Shown here: in pieces, positions 39,107 through 48,700 of the stretch
Layout: each line of letters starts with the position of its first letter
Numbering within the stretch: the stretch's first letter is position 1
NCBI GenBank assembly: GCA_965204725.1
Contig: OZ242005.1
Span: forward strand, 672,001 to 736,000
DNA length: 64,000 bases
Origin: Candidatus Latescibacterota bacterium
GTDB taxonomy: Bacteria > Latescibacterota > UBA2968 > UBA8231
Direction of reading: 5' to 3'
The notes under the pieces: generated by a model
Told to the model about the DNA's origin: nothing
The model's database searches: none
What the model saw: only the letters and a program-made list of their open reading frames with translations
Translations under genes and position numbers: made by a program

Positions 39107-40318
39107 ATGACCCCTCACTATCCTTCCCTCTACTTGCGTCCCAACAGCGAGCGCACCGTGCGCAACGGCCATCCTTGGGTCTTTTCCGGTGCGGTTGAAC
39201 GCCCTCCTCGGGACGCCGACACCGGCGATATCGTCGATGTCTTTGACGCGCACGAGCGTTTTGTCTGTCGCGGGTTTTACAATCAACGCTCGCTGATCCG
39301 GGTGCGCAGCCTCACCCAAGACCCCAGCCGCTCCATTGACTCGGCCTTCTTCACTGAGCGCATCGCCCAAGCCATTGCCCTCCGCCGCAGCACCGGCCTA
39401 GCCGCCCACACCAACGCCCTGCGCCTAGTCCACGGCGAAAGCGACGGCCTGCCCGGGCTAATCGCCGACGACTACGCCGACTACCTAGTGGTACAGTTCC
39501 ACACCGCCGGCATGGAAAAGCAACGCCCCGTCATCCTCGACGCGCTCCAATCCCTGCTCGCCCCCCGCAGCCTGTACGAACGCAGCGATGTGGGCACCCG
39601 CCGCGCCGAGGGGCTGGCCGACCGCCCCACCGGCCTGCTCGCCGGCCAAGCACCGCCCGAATTCGTCGAAATCGAAGAGCACGGCACGCGCCTTTACGCC
39701 GATCTCTATCGCGGCCAGAAAACCGGCTTCTTTCTCGACCAGCGCGCCAACCGCTTCTATCTCCAGCAACTCGCCCGTGGCCAGCGCGTGCTCAACCTCT
39801 TTTCCTATTCGAGCGGCTTTTCCGCCCACGCCCTCAAAGGCGGTGCCGCCCGCACCCTCGACGTCGATATATCGCCCCAAGTCGTGCCCGCCGCCCGCCG
39901 CGCCCTCGCGGCCAATCGCCCCCAAGGTGCTCACTCCGACCTCTTGATCGCCGATGTCTTTCCCTTTGTAGAAGAACTAGCCGAGCGCGGCCCCCGCTTC
40001 GATGTCGTCGTCTGCGATCCCCCGTCGCTGATGCGGAAACGCAGCCAGCACAAACAGGCCATGGGCGTCTATACCAAACTCAATCGCAACGCCCTGCGCT
40101 TAATCGCCGATGGCGGCCTGCTGGTGACCGCCTCGTGCTCAGCGCGGATTTCCCAAGAGGACTTTTTCCAAATCGTCCGCCGCGCCGCGGCCGGTGCCCG
40201 GGTCCGCACCCGCCTCCTCGCCTACAACCTGCACCCCGCCGATCACCCAATAGACCCCGCCTTCCCCGACGGCCGCTACCTCAAGTGCATCTTCGCCCGC
40301 GTCCAGCGTCAGTCTTGA
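39107..40318 (+). CDS. RlmI-like class I SAM-dependent rRNA m5C methyltransferase
   Basis: GHPWVFS PUA domain, GESDGLPGL, GQKTGFFLDQR, VLNLFSYS, DPPS, YLK. Confidence 0.9.
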   Translation: MTPHYPSLYLRPNSERTVRNGHPWVFSGAVERPPRDADTGDIVDVFDAHERFVCRGFYNQRSLIRVRSLTQDPSRSIDSAFFTERIAQAIALRRSTGLAAHTNALRLVHGESDGLPGLIADDYADYLVVQFHTAGMEKQRPVILDALQSLLAPRSLYERSDVGTRRAEGLADRPTGLLAGQAPPEFVEIEEHGTRLYADLYRGQKTGFFLDQRANRFYLQQLARGQRVLNLFSYSSGFSAHALKGGAARTLDVDISPQVVPAARRALAANRPQGAHSDLLIADVFPFVEELAERGPRFDVVVCDPPSLMRKRSQHKQAMGVYTKLNRNALRLIADGGLLVTASCSARISQEDFFQIVRRAAAGARVRTRLLAYNLHPADHPIDPAFPDGRYLKCIFARVQRQS

Positions 40319-40430
40319 TGCTGCTGGGCGAAAGGCATATCTCCGTTGTAATATGTCAACCTGACAACGAGTGACATCCCTGTAATCTTCTATAACCAAT
40401 AGACAAAACCCTTTACTAAGGAGAACTGAT

Positions 40431-41123
40431 ATGGCTGAACAACAGCACGAAATGGCAAGCCAATCTAGCACCACTGAAGCACCAGCGGGTACGGGAAAGG
40501 AAGGCATCGTGTACTTGCTGACTAACCCCGCTATGGAGGGATATGTAAAAATTGGGATGACTGGAGGTACTTCTGTCCAAGAGGTCAAAAAGCGAATGAA
40601 ACAATTGGACAGCACAGGTGTGCCACGAGCATTTTACTGCGAATATGCAGCCTTGGTTGAAAACTACGAAAAGGTGGAAAGTGCCTTACACGTAGCGTTT
40701 GGCGATTACCGGGTCCGCCGAAATCGAGAATTTTTCGAGGGTATTGATCCATTCCGTGTAAAAGCAATTCTAAAACTACATGAAAAGAAAGATGTAACGC
40801 CAGATCCTGCCGACATGGCTAAGGACACGGGTAAGGATGAGGTAGAACGCCCCTCTAGAGCAGAAAATTTTAAATTCACAATGGCAAAAGTGCCTATTGG
40901 GGCGATTTTAGAGTGGACTGATGACCCGAACATAACTTGCGAAGTCGTGGACGAGAATAATCGCGTTAAATATGGAGAAAAGGAAAGCACCATCTCCGGC
41001 TTGGCAAAAGAGCTCAAGAATATCCCGTCTGCAAGGGGGTCTCTTTATTGGATGTACGAAGGCGAAACCTTGCAAGAACGGCGTGAGCACTTTGAGCGCG
41101 CGGAAGCAAGCGACGATAGCTAG
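40431..41123 (+). CDS. GIY-YIG (T5orf172-like) nuclease with possible RAMA-like C-terminal domain
   Basis: GIVYLLTNPAMEGYVKIGMT, LHVAF, NREFF; C-terminal SGLA..GSLYWMYEG; AT-rich. Confidence 0.75.
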   Translation: MAEQQHEMASQSSTTEAPAGTGKEGIVYLLTNPAMEGYVKIGMTGGTSVQEVKKRMKQLDSTGVPRAFYCEYAALVENYEKVESALHVAFGDYRVRRNREFFEGIDPFRVKAILKLHEKKDVTPDPADMAKDTGKDEVERPSRAENFKFTMAKVPIGAILEWTDDPNITCEVVDENNRVKYGEKESTISGLAKELKNIPSARGSLYWMYEGETLQERREHFERAEASDDS

Positions 41124-41224
41124 CCTCGTCGCCTGCTCTGTCTTCGCGACCAATGCAACGACCTCACACCCCGGTGGATTGATCTGGCACGTCGCGCATA
41201 ATTCGCGAACGCGGAGGGCTAAAA

Positions 41225-41473
41225 ATGGAAGCTACGTCTGTAGAAAAAGAAATTCTCGACGAGATTCATAAATTGGAAAAAGGCCGACAAGCAGAGGTGC
41301 TGGAATTCGTGCGTTCGTTAGCAAAGTCCGAGATGACAGGCGTACCCGGCAAGACGCTGCTGCGCTTTGCCGGCACAATAGATAGAGCAGACTTGGACAA
41401 GATGGCTAAAGCGATCCAAGCCGATTGCGAGAACGTAAATTCCAAGTGGTCGCCCCTTTTCAAGGAGGCCTAG
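41225..41473 (+). CDS. DUF2281-like putative antitoxin (no adjacent toxin)
   Basis: QAEVLEFVRSL, GVPGKTLLRFAGTI..DL..M..AI..DCE. Confidence 0.6.
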   Translation: MEATSVEKEILDEIHKLEKGRQAEVLEFVRSLAKSEMTGVPGKTLLRFAGTIDRADLDKMAKAIQADCENVNSKWSPLFKEA

Positions 41474-43237
41474 ATGAAACGGATAATCACACTCATTTTC
41501 CTGTCGGCAACGCTGGGGCAAGCCAACGACGAAATCACCATTGAGTTGCCGAGTGGGGTGCCGCTAGAAATGGTGTGGATCGAACCGGGCAGCTTCACTA
41601 TGGGATGGCTGCCGAGAGAAGTGACGATCTCTCAGGGCTTCTACTTAAGCAAGTACGAGATCACCCAAGAGCAATGGCAGGCGGTCATGGGCACCGCGCC
41701 GTGGTCGTCTGCGCCGAGCGGCTACCAAGGCCCAAGACATCCTGCCTTCGGCCTTACTTGGTACGATGCACAGGCATTTGCCCAGAGGCTAAACGACCAC
41801 TTTGGCGAGGACGCCTATCGCCTGCCCACCGAAGCTGAATGGGAGTATGCCTGCCGGGCGGGCACGACGACGCGCTGGTTCTTTGGAGATGACGAGAGCC
41901 TGCTGGCATCTTATGCGTGGTACGGAGCCAACGCCGCGGATGCCGGAGTTCAGCCCGTTGGCGCGAAACTTCCCAACCCTTGGGGGCTGTTTGACATGTA
42001 CGGAAACACTGATGAGTGGGTACACGACTGGTATGATTATAATTTCCACGATGGTACGCCGCAGACAGATCCGTCAGGTCCTATATCGGGCCACTACCGC
42101 ATACTACGAGGTGGAAGCTACGCCCATGATGCTTTTATCGCGTCGTCGGATTACTCTAGGTATGGGAATAGTGGCTACACCAACGGTATGCGTCTTCTCA
42201 AGGGAGTGCCGCTCAACATAGTCATCCCCGAGCGCATTCCCTTTCCCCAAAATAGTTCAGGCCCATTTTTCCCGGTCCACGAGGGCAATATCTGGATTAT
42301 GGCGTCTCATAGACATAGCTGGGGCCCGCCTAGCGTGGATACCACCGCCTATGTATTGGAGAGTCAGATCATTGAGGGGAAACAGTACTGGAGTATGGGG
42401 TTAATCGGAGAGCCTTTCCGCGTGGACGAGAGCGGTGATATCTGGTTTCGGAAAAATTCGTACTTCTCAGAAGAAATGCGTTACCTCTTACAGTACATAG
42501 ACGAGCATCCCGAACTGCGAGAGTCTCAGTACTACCAACAGTCTTCTTTATTCAAAAATTCAGATCCCGACCAAAAGGATTTCCTAATCTACGACTTCGA
42601 TGATGTCGTTGTCGTCCCTGAGTTGGATCCAGACTCGCCGACTTGGGACATAGATTTGCGATTCGAGGACCTGCTGTATGACTTCTTGATTGTACGGAAG
42701 GTTGGCGAACCTGCCCCAGACCAGCGATTGTTTGGAGTTCCGGGACCCGAGTGGGGCACCACGCAGACCTTTCAACGCGGTATAGGCATTATTAGAACCC
42801 GTACGACAGGTTCACTCTTCCCCAGCACGACGGACAGTGAACTAATATGGGCGCGTATTGATGGCAAGGAATACGGCTTGCATCCCGGACCCGGCTACCT
42901 TGGCTATCGAGAGGTCATAACGGCGGTCGCGTCTCCTGAGCTAAAATCCGCCCAGCCAGCCACCAGCGGCCTATCGCCCAATTTTCCCAACCCCTTCAAC
43001 GCCAGCACCCAAATCGCCTACGACATAGCCGCCCCCGGCCCAGTACGGCTGACAATCTACAACACCTTGGGCCAACCTGTGCGGACGCTCGTAGATCAGT
43101 TCCAAGCTGTCGGCTCGCACCAAGTCCGCTGGGACGCCCGCGACCAACAAGGCGCGGCCTTGGCGGCCGGGGTCTATCTCGTGCGTCTGCGCTATCCCGG
43201 CGGCGAGCAAACCCGGCGACTGCTCTTGCTCAAATAG
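41474..43237 (+). CDS. Secreted FGE-sulfatase (SUMF1-like) domain protein with T9SS-type CTD
   Basis: MVWIEPGSFTMG, RLPTEAEWEYACRAG, PNPWGLFDMYGN..EW, RGGS; NFPNPFN...LLLLK tail. Confidence 0.88.
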   Translation: MKRIITLIFLSATLGQANDEITIELPSGVPLEMVWIEPGSFTMGWLPREVTISQGFYLSKYEITQEQWQAVMGTAPWSSAPSGYQGPRHPAFGLTWYDAQAFAQRLNDHFGEDAYRLPTEAEWEYACRAGTTTRWFFGDDESLLASYAWYGANAADAGVQPVGAKLPNPWGLFDMYGNTDEWVHDWYDYNFHDGTPQTDPSGPISGHYRILRGGSYAHDAFIASSDYSRYGNSGYTNGMRLLKGVPLNIVIPERIPFPQNSSGPFFPVHEGNIWIMASHRHSWGPPSVDTTAYVLESQIIEGKQYWSMGLIGEPFRVDESGDIWFRKNSYFSEEMRYLLQYIDEHPELRESQYYQQSSLFKNSDPDQKDFLIYDFDDVVVVPELDPDSPTWDIDLRFEDLLYDFLIVRKVGEPAPDQRLFGVPGPEWGTTQTFQRGIGIIRTRTTGSLFPSTTDSELIWARIDGKEYGLHPGPGYLGYREVITAVASPELKSAQPATSGLSPNFPNPFNASTQIAYDIAAPGPVRLTIYNTLGQPVRTLVDQFQAVGSHQVRWDARDQQGAALAAGVYLVRLRYPGGEQTRRLLLLK

Positions 43238-43480
43238 CCGCCCAACCCGCGTCTTTTACCCGTCTTGACACCGCCGCGCAAAACGCCATCAGTTCCAAGC
43301 TGTCGGCTCGCACCAAGTCCGCTGGGACGCCCGCGACCAACAAGGCGCGGCCTTGGCGGCCGGGGTCTATCTCGTGCGCCTGCGCTATCCCGGCGGCGAG
43401 CAAACCCGGCGACTGCTCTTGCTCAAATAGCCGCCCAACCCGCGTCTTTTGCCCATCTTGACACCACCGCGCAAAACGCC
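43095..43480 (+). repeat. 193-bp tandem duplication (CTD 3' end, stop, spacer, -35 box)
   Basis: 43095-43287 vs 43288-43480, four mismatches counted by eye. Confidence 0.9.
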
Positions 43481-43486
43481 TATCCT
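43458..43486 (+). promoter_or_regulatory. Sigma70-type promoter for uvrC operon
   Basis: TTGACA-17 nt-TATCCT. Confidence 0.55.
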
Positions 43487-43518
43487 CGTGGCCTTATGTC
43501 AACCTGCATCCCCTTCTG

Positions 43519-45369
43519 ATGAAAGATCTCTCCGAAGATCTACGCCTCAAACTCGACGCCCTGCCCACCGAATCCGGCGTCTATATTATGAAAAGGCGCG
43601 ACGGGCAAATAATCTACATCGGCAAGGCCAAAAACCTGCGCGACCGGGTGCGCTCGTACTTTCGCACCTCGGGCAGCGATGGCCGGCGTCAGTTCAAGGC
43701 CCTAGTCCGCAACATCGCCGACATCGACTACATCGTAACGGGTAGCGAGCAGGAGGCCCTCATCCTCGAAGCCACCCAAATCCGCACCCACAAACCGCGC
43801 TACAACATCCTGCTCAAAGACGACAAGAAATACCCCTATATCCGCATCACCGCCGAGCCGTTTCCCCGCATCTTCGCCACCCGCGACGTGGTCCGCGACG
43901 GCTCGCGCTACCTCGGCCCGTACAGCAACGTCCGCGCCATGCACACCACCCTCGACATGCTGCGCAAGGTCTTTCCCATCCGCTCTTGCAACGCCGCGTT
44001 GCCCTCCGACAAGGTGCCGCTGTGCCTCGAATACCACATCAAGCGCTGCGAAGGCCCCTGCGAAAACCTCGTCTCGGCTTCCGACTACCGCAAAACCGTC
44101 GAGCGGGCCGTGCGCTTTTTACGCGGCCAAAACGCCGAAGTAACCCGCGAGTTGCAAAAGCGCATGGCCGAGGCCGCCGCAGACATGCGCTATGAGAAAG
44201 CAGCCCGCTACCGCGACCAAATCCAAGCGCTAGAGTCCATGCGCGCCCGTCAGAAAGTCGTCCTCGACGCCCCGGTGGACCGCGACGTCCTCGGCATGGC
44301 CCGCAGCGACGACGAAGCCTGTTGCAGCGTCCTCGAAGTCCGCGAGGGCCGCCTGCTCGGCAAAAAGCACCACTTCCTCGGCGGGGTCATGGAGTCCGCC
44401 GACGGGGAAATCCTCTCGGCCTTTGCGCGCCAGTTCTATCTGCAAAGCGACTTTGTCCCGCCCGAGATCCACCTACCAGCCCAGCCGACGGACGCCGACG
44501 CAATGGCGGCTTGGCTGTCGCAAAAGGCCAGCGGCAAGGTCGAGTTGGCAACCCCCCAGCGCGGGGCCAAGGCGCAGATGCTAGACATGGCCGCCAAAAA
44601 CGCCGCCCAAATGCTCGCCGAACGCCAGCACAAGCGCGAGATGAAGCGCGACCGCATCCCCCAATCGGTCTATGCCCTCCAGCGCGACTTGCAGCTAGCG
44701 GCGCCGCCCCGCCGCATCGAAGGCATTGACATCTCCACCTTCCAAGGCGCCCACCCGGTCGGCTCGGTGGTCTGCTTTATCGACGGCCGGGCCAAGCGCA
44801 GCCAGTACCGCTACTTCAAAATCCGCGACCTCGCCCAACCCGACGACTACGCTTCCATCTACCAAGTGGTCTATCGCCGCTGCCGCGGCCTAGCCGAGCG
44901 CAATGAAGCCCAGCCCGACTTGCTGCTCATCGACGGCGGGCCGGGCCAACTCGCCAGCGCGGTCGCCGCCCTGCACGCGCTCGATATGGCAGACCAACCC
45001 GTCGTCGGCCTCGCCAAGCGCTTTGAAGAAGTCTTTCTGCCGGGCCAGCGCGAGCCGCTGCTGCTGCCCAAGACCTCGGCCAGCCTGCGCCTGTTGCAGA
45101 TGCTGCGCGACGAAGCGCACCGCTTCGCGCTCAAAAACCATCGCCAGCAACGCACCAAGAGCGCGTTTAGCTCGGCCTTAGATCGCATCCCCGGCATTGG
45201 CCCGCAAAAGCGCAAGGCCCTGCTCGTGGCCTTTGGCTCGGTCAAGCGCGTCGCGGCCGCGCCGGCCGAGCAAATCGCCGCCCTTCCCGGCTTTAGCCGC
45301 AAGCAGGCCGACGCCTTGCTGGCCCATCTCAACGGCCCGGATCATGGCCCGCCCGAAATCCACTCCTGA
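43519..45369 (+). CDS. uvrC: Excinuclease ABC subunit C
   Basis: GVY..IYIGKAKNLRDRV, KPRYN, IEGIDIS, LIDGG, RDEAHRFA, HhH. Confidence 0.97.
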   Translation: MKDLSEDLRLKLDALPTESGVYIMKRRDGQIIYIGKAKNLRDRVRSYFRTSGSDGRRQFKALVRNIADIDYIVTGSEQEALILEATQIRTHKPRYNILLKDDKKYPYIRITAEPFPRIFATRDVVRDGSRYLGPYSNVRAMHTTLDMLRKVFPIRSCNAALPSDKVPLCLEYHIKRCEGPCENLVSASDYRKTVERAVRFLRGQNAEVTRELQKRMAEAAADMRYEKAARYRDQIQALESMRARQKVVLDAPVDRDVLGMARSDDEACCSVLEVREGRLLGKKHHFLGGVMESADGEILSAFARQFYLQSDFVPPEIHLPAQPTDADAMAAWLSQKASGKVELATPQRGAKAQMLDMAAKNAAQMLAERQHKREMKRDRIPQSVYALQRDLQLAAPPRRIEGIDISTFQGAHPVGSVVCFIDGRAKRSQYRYFKIRDLAQPDDYASIYQVVYRRCRGLAERNEAQPDLLLIDGGPGQLASAVAALHALDMADQPVVGLAKRFEEVFLPGQREPLLLPKTSASLRLLQMLRDEAHRFALKNHRQQRTKSAFSSALDRIPGIGPQKRKALLVAFGSVKRVAAAPAEQIAALPGFSRKQADALLAHLNGPDHGPPEIHS

Positions 45370-46270
45370 GCACCCGCTGCCAAAGGCTTTAGCCCTTTCC
45401 CGCGAGCACTTCCTCCAAGCCATGGAGCGCGACAAGGGGCTGGCGGCCAATACCCTCGACGCCTATCGCCGCGACCTCAACCGCTATCTACACCACCTGT
45501 CCGCCCAAGGCGTCGAGCGCGTAGAAGCCGTCCAACACCAGCACATCGCCCACTTGCTCCACTCGCTGAACGACGCCGGCCTGACCCCTTCCACCATGGC
45601 CCGCAACCTCACCTCGATAAAGCGCTTCCACCAGTACTTATTGCTCCAAGGGGCGGCGTCCCACAACCCGGCCGAACACCTCGATCCGCCCAAGCTCGAG
45701 CGCCGCCTGCCCGATGTGCTAGCGGTCGAGGAAATCTCCGCTCTCCTCGCCGCACCCGACCCGGACGAGCCGCTGGGCCAGCGCGACCGGGCCATCCTCG
45801 CCGTGCTCTACGCCACGGGGATTCGCGTCTCCGAGCTGACCACGCTGCAACAGGCCGCCCTGCTGCTGGGGCGGGGCCTCGTCCGCATCTGCGGCCGGCG
45901 CGAGCGCATCGTGCCCATCGCGCACAAAGACATCCGCACGCTCAAACGCTACCTGCGTCAGGGCCGCCCCCACCTCGCCCGCCCCGACTCGACCGACCAC
46001 GTCTTTCTCAACGCCCAAGGCGGCGCGCTCTCGCGCATGAGCGTGTGGAAGATCATCAAAACGGCCGGCGACAAAGCGCGCATTGGCAAGGCGATCAGCC
46101 CCCACACCCTGCGCCACTCCTTTGCCACGCATCTGTTGGAAGGCGGCGCAAACCTCCGCGCCGTGCAGGAGCTATTGGGACACGCCGACATCTCCACCAC
46201 TCAGATCTACACGCACCTCGACCTCAGCTATCTCAAAGAGGTCCACAAGACCTATCATCCCCGAGGCTAA
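45344..46270 (+). CDS. xerD: Tyrosine recombinase XerD
   Basis: NTLDAYRRDL, LYATGIRVSEL, SPHTLRHSFATHLLEGGANLRAVQELLGHADISTTQIYTH; start set at MARPK. Confidence 0.88.
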   Translation: MARPKSTPEHPLPKALALSREHFLQAMERDKGLAANTLDAYRRDLNRYLHHLSAQGVERVEAVQHQHIAHLLHSLNDAGLTPSTMARNLTSIKRFHQYLLLQGAASHNPAEHLDPPKLERRLPDVLAVEEISALLAAPDPDEPLGQRDRAILAVLYATGIRVSELTTLQQAALLLGRGLVRICGRRERIVPIAHKDIRTLKRYLRQGRPHLARPDSTDHVFLNAQGGALSRMSVWKIIKTAGDKARIGKAISPHTLRHSFATHLLEGGANLRAVQELLGHADISTTQIYTHLDLSYLKEVHKTYHPRG

Positions 46271-47011
46271 ATGGAGTCGCCGCTCGTCGTCGCCACCGGA
46301 CTCGACAAGTGCTTCCCCTCCGGGGTCCAAGCCCTGCACGACCTCAACTTGGCAATTAGCCGCGGTCAATTCGTCTCCATCGTCGGTCCTTCCGGCTGCG
46401 GCAAATCCACCTTCCTCCGCCTCGTGGCCGGGCTCGACGCGCCCACCAGCGGCCAGTTGCGCGTCGGCGACCACGACCCGCTCGGCCTCGCCTTTGTCTT
46501 CCAAGACGCCACGCTGCTGCCTTGGCGCTCGGTCGCCCGCAACATCACCCTCCCCCTAGAGCTGCGCCGCGCAGCCGACGACGCGCACGTCGCCCAGACC
46601 CTGGCGCTGGTCGGCCTAACCGACTTTGCCGCGGCGTACCCGGCCCAACTTTCCGGCGGCATGCGGATGCGGGTCTCCATTGCCCGCGCACTGGTGACTC
46701 GCCCCCAGATCCTGCTCCTCGACGAGCCTTTTGGCGCGCTCGACGAAATCACCCGCCAGCGGCTCAACGAGGAGTTGTCGCGCCTGTGGCAGGAAGATCG
46801 CTGGACCGGCCTCTTTGTCACGCACAACGTCTCCGAAGCCGTTTTCCTCAGCCAGCGGGTCCTCGTGCTGAGTGCGCGGCCCGGCCGCATCCTCGCCGAC
46901 ATTCCCATCCCGTTTCCCTATCCGCGCTCGCCGTACCTGCGCAGCGCTCCTGAGTTCATCCGCCTAGCCCAAGGGATTTCGCGCCAACTCGCCCGCGCCG
47001 ACGACCCATGA
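46271..47011 (+). CDS. NitT/TauT-family ABC ATP-binding protein
   Basis: GPSGCGKS, LSGGMRMR, DEPFGALD. Confidence 0.92.
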   Translation: MESPLVVATGLDKCFPSGVQALHDLNLAISRGQFVSIVGPSGCGKSTFLRLVAGLDAPTSGQLRVGDHDPLGLAFVFQDATLLPWRSVARNITLPLELRRAADDAHVAQTLALVGLTDFAAAYPAQLSGGMRMRVSIARALVTRPQILLLDEPFGALDEITRQRLNEELSRLWQEDRWTGLFVTHNVSEAVFLSQRVLVLSARPGRILADIPIPFPYPRSPYLRSAPEFIRLAQGISRQLARADDP

Positions 47012-47790
47012 ACCGACTGCGCTCCCTCGCGGCCAACGCCCTGCCGCCGCTGCTTTTTTTCGCCTTGGTCCTGTGCGCTTGGCAAGGCGCGGTCTCGCTC
47101 TTGGCGATCGAGCCTTTCCTACTGCCCGGCCCCTTGCTCGTGGCCCAAGCCATCGCCGACAACTGGCCGCGCCTGCTGTCGGCTACCTTGCTGACGGCCG
47201 TGGGCGCGCTCTTGGGCTTTGTCCTCAGCTTTGCCTTTGGCTTCTTGGTCGCCTTGCTGTTTTCCCAGTCGCGCCTCATCGAGCGCAGCCTCTACCCGTA
47301 TGCGATCTTCTTGCAAACCATGCCCATCGTCGCCATCGCGCCCCTGATCATCCTGTGGATCGGCTACGGTCTGCAAGGCGTGGTGGCCGTCTCCTTCATC
47401 ATCGCCCTCTTCCCGATCATCGCCAATACCACCGACGGCCTAACCCGCGTCGATTCCCACATCCTCGATTTCTTCGCGCTCAACAAGGCCAGCCGCTGGC
47501 AGGTGCTGTTCAAGCTCCGCGTCCCCGCCGCCGTCCCCCAGATGCTCGTCGGCGCTCGCATCTCCAGCGGCCTGTCGGTCATCGGCGCGATTGTCGGCGA
47601 GTTCTTCGCCGGCTACGGCACCGAGGACTTTGGCCTCGGCTACTTGATCATCCTCACCAACGGCCAAGCCAAAACCGACTACCTCTTCGCCTGCATTTTG
47701 TTTTGCACGTTGCTCGGCTTGGGGCTGTTTACCGCCGTGGGCAGCTTGAGCACCTTCTTGCTCAGACGCTGGACGGGGGGGGCAGAGTAG
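47008..47790 (+). CDS. NitT/TauT-family ABC permease
   Basis: LQTMPIVAIAPL, GAIVGEF, hydrophobic helices. Confidence 0.9.
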   Translation: MNRLRSLAANALPPLLFFALVLCAWQGAVSLLAIEPFLLPGPLLVAQAIADNWPRLLSATLLTAVGALLGFVLSFAFGFLVALLFSQSRLIERSLYPYAIFLQTMPIVAIAPLIILWIGYGLQGVVAVSFIIALFPIIANTTDGLTRVDSHILDFFALNKASRWQVLFKLRVPAAVPQMLVGARISSGLSVIGAIVGEFFAGYGTEDFGLGYLIILTNGQAKTDYLFACILFCTLLGLGLFTAVGSLSTFLLRRWTGGAE

Positions 47791-47851
47791 ATTGGGCGTG
47801 GGGCGTGGGTATCGAGAGCGCGGAGAGAAACAACTGGAATAGACGGTTTCA

Positions 47852-47900
47852 AGCCGTAAGCTACCTTGCTACGTAAGCAGCCGTAAGCTAACTTGCTACG
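47852..47900. repeat. Two 22-bp direct repeats (27-bp period), each a weak hairpin
   Basis: agccgtaagctaccttgctacg / agccgtaagctaacttgctacg. Confidence 0.7.
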
Positions 47901-47936
47901 CATATACCCTAAAACCCAAACGAGAAGGATACGACC

Positions 47937-48698
47937 ATGCGCTCCATACTATGCGCTCTGATGTGCTTGACCCTGCTTGTTTCGCGCTCTAACGCTGAAG
48001 TTGACCAAGCTGACCCTGAAAAGTTGGCGCGCGTAAAGATCGGCGGTAGGTATGGATTCATTAACACGAAAGGACGCTACATCATTAACCCACAGTTTGA
48101 CGACGCTTTATGGTTTTCGGAGGGCTTAGCTCTTGTAAAGATCGGAGACAAGTGGGGGTTTATTGACACGAAAGGGGCGATCGTCATCAACCCCCAATTC
48201 GACGGCCCTTGGTGGTTTTCGGAAGGGTTGGCGCGTGTAAAGATCGGAGACAAGTGGGGGTTTATTGACACGAAAGGGGCAATCGTCATTAACCCCCAAT
48301 TCGACGAGGCTTGGTGGTTTTCGGAAGGGTTGGCGCATGTAAAGATCGGAGACAAGTGGGGGTTTATTGACACGAAAGGGGCAATCGTCATCAACCCACA
48401 GTTCGACGACGCTCTGAGGTTTTCAGAAGGGTTAGCGCGTGTAAAGATCGGAGACAAGTGGGGGTTTATTGACGCGAAAGGGGCAATCGTCATCAACCCA
48501 CAGTTCGACGACGGTTCGGGGTTTTCGGAAGGATTAGCGGGTGTAAAGATTGGAGATACGTGGGGGTTTATTGACGCGAAAGGGGCAATCGTCATCAACC
48601 CACAGTTCGACGACGCTGGGCCGTTTAAAACTGACGACGCTGACCTGTTTGAACTGATGAGCCGCATATTTCGGATTGCTCAGGATCAGCGGGAGTAG
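47937..48698 (+). CDS. Secreted WG-repeat (KWG-type) protein, six 37-aa repeats
   Basis: FSEGLAxVKIGDKWGFIDTKGAIVINPQFD repeated with 111-bp period; signal peptide. Confidence 0.9.
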   Translation: MRSILCALMCLTLLVSRSNAEVDQADPEKLARVKIGGRYGFINTKGRYIINPQFDDALWFSEGLALVKIGDKWGFIDTKGAIVINPQFDGPWWFSEGLARVKIGDKWGFIDTKGAIVINPQFDEAWWFSEGLAHVKIGDKWGFIDTKGAIVINPQFDDALRFSEGLARVKIGDKWGFIDAKGAIVINPQFDDGSGFSEGLAGVKIGDTWGFIDAKGAIVINPQFDDAGPFKTDDADLFELMSRIFRIAQDQRE

Positions 48699-48700
48699 CG

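Noticed and set aside
41474-43480. Diversity-generating retroelement (FGE/CLec-fold gene followed by a near-identical repeat)
   Set aside because: The repeat covers the CTD, not the CLec variable region; mismatches are few and not adenine-specific; no reverse transcriptase in the window.
45344-46270. Prophage or integron integrase
   Set aside because: Typical XerD sequence overlapping uvrC in a core operon; no integron insertion, attC sites or phage genes seen.
47852-47900. Mini-CRISPR
   Set aside because: Only two units separated by 5 bp.
48020-48620. CRISPR-like array of regular repeats
   Set aside because: 111-bp in-frame coding repeats with no unique spacers and no cas genes.
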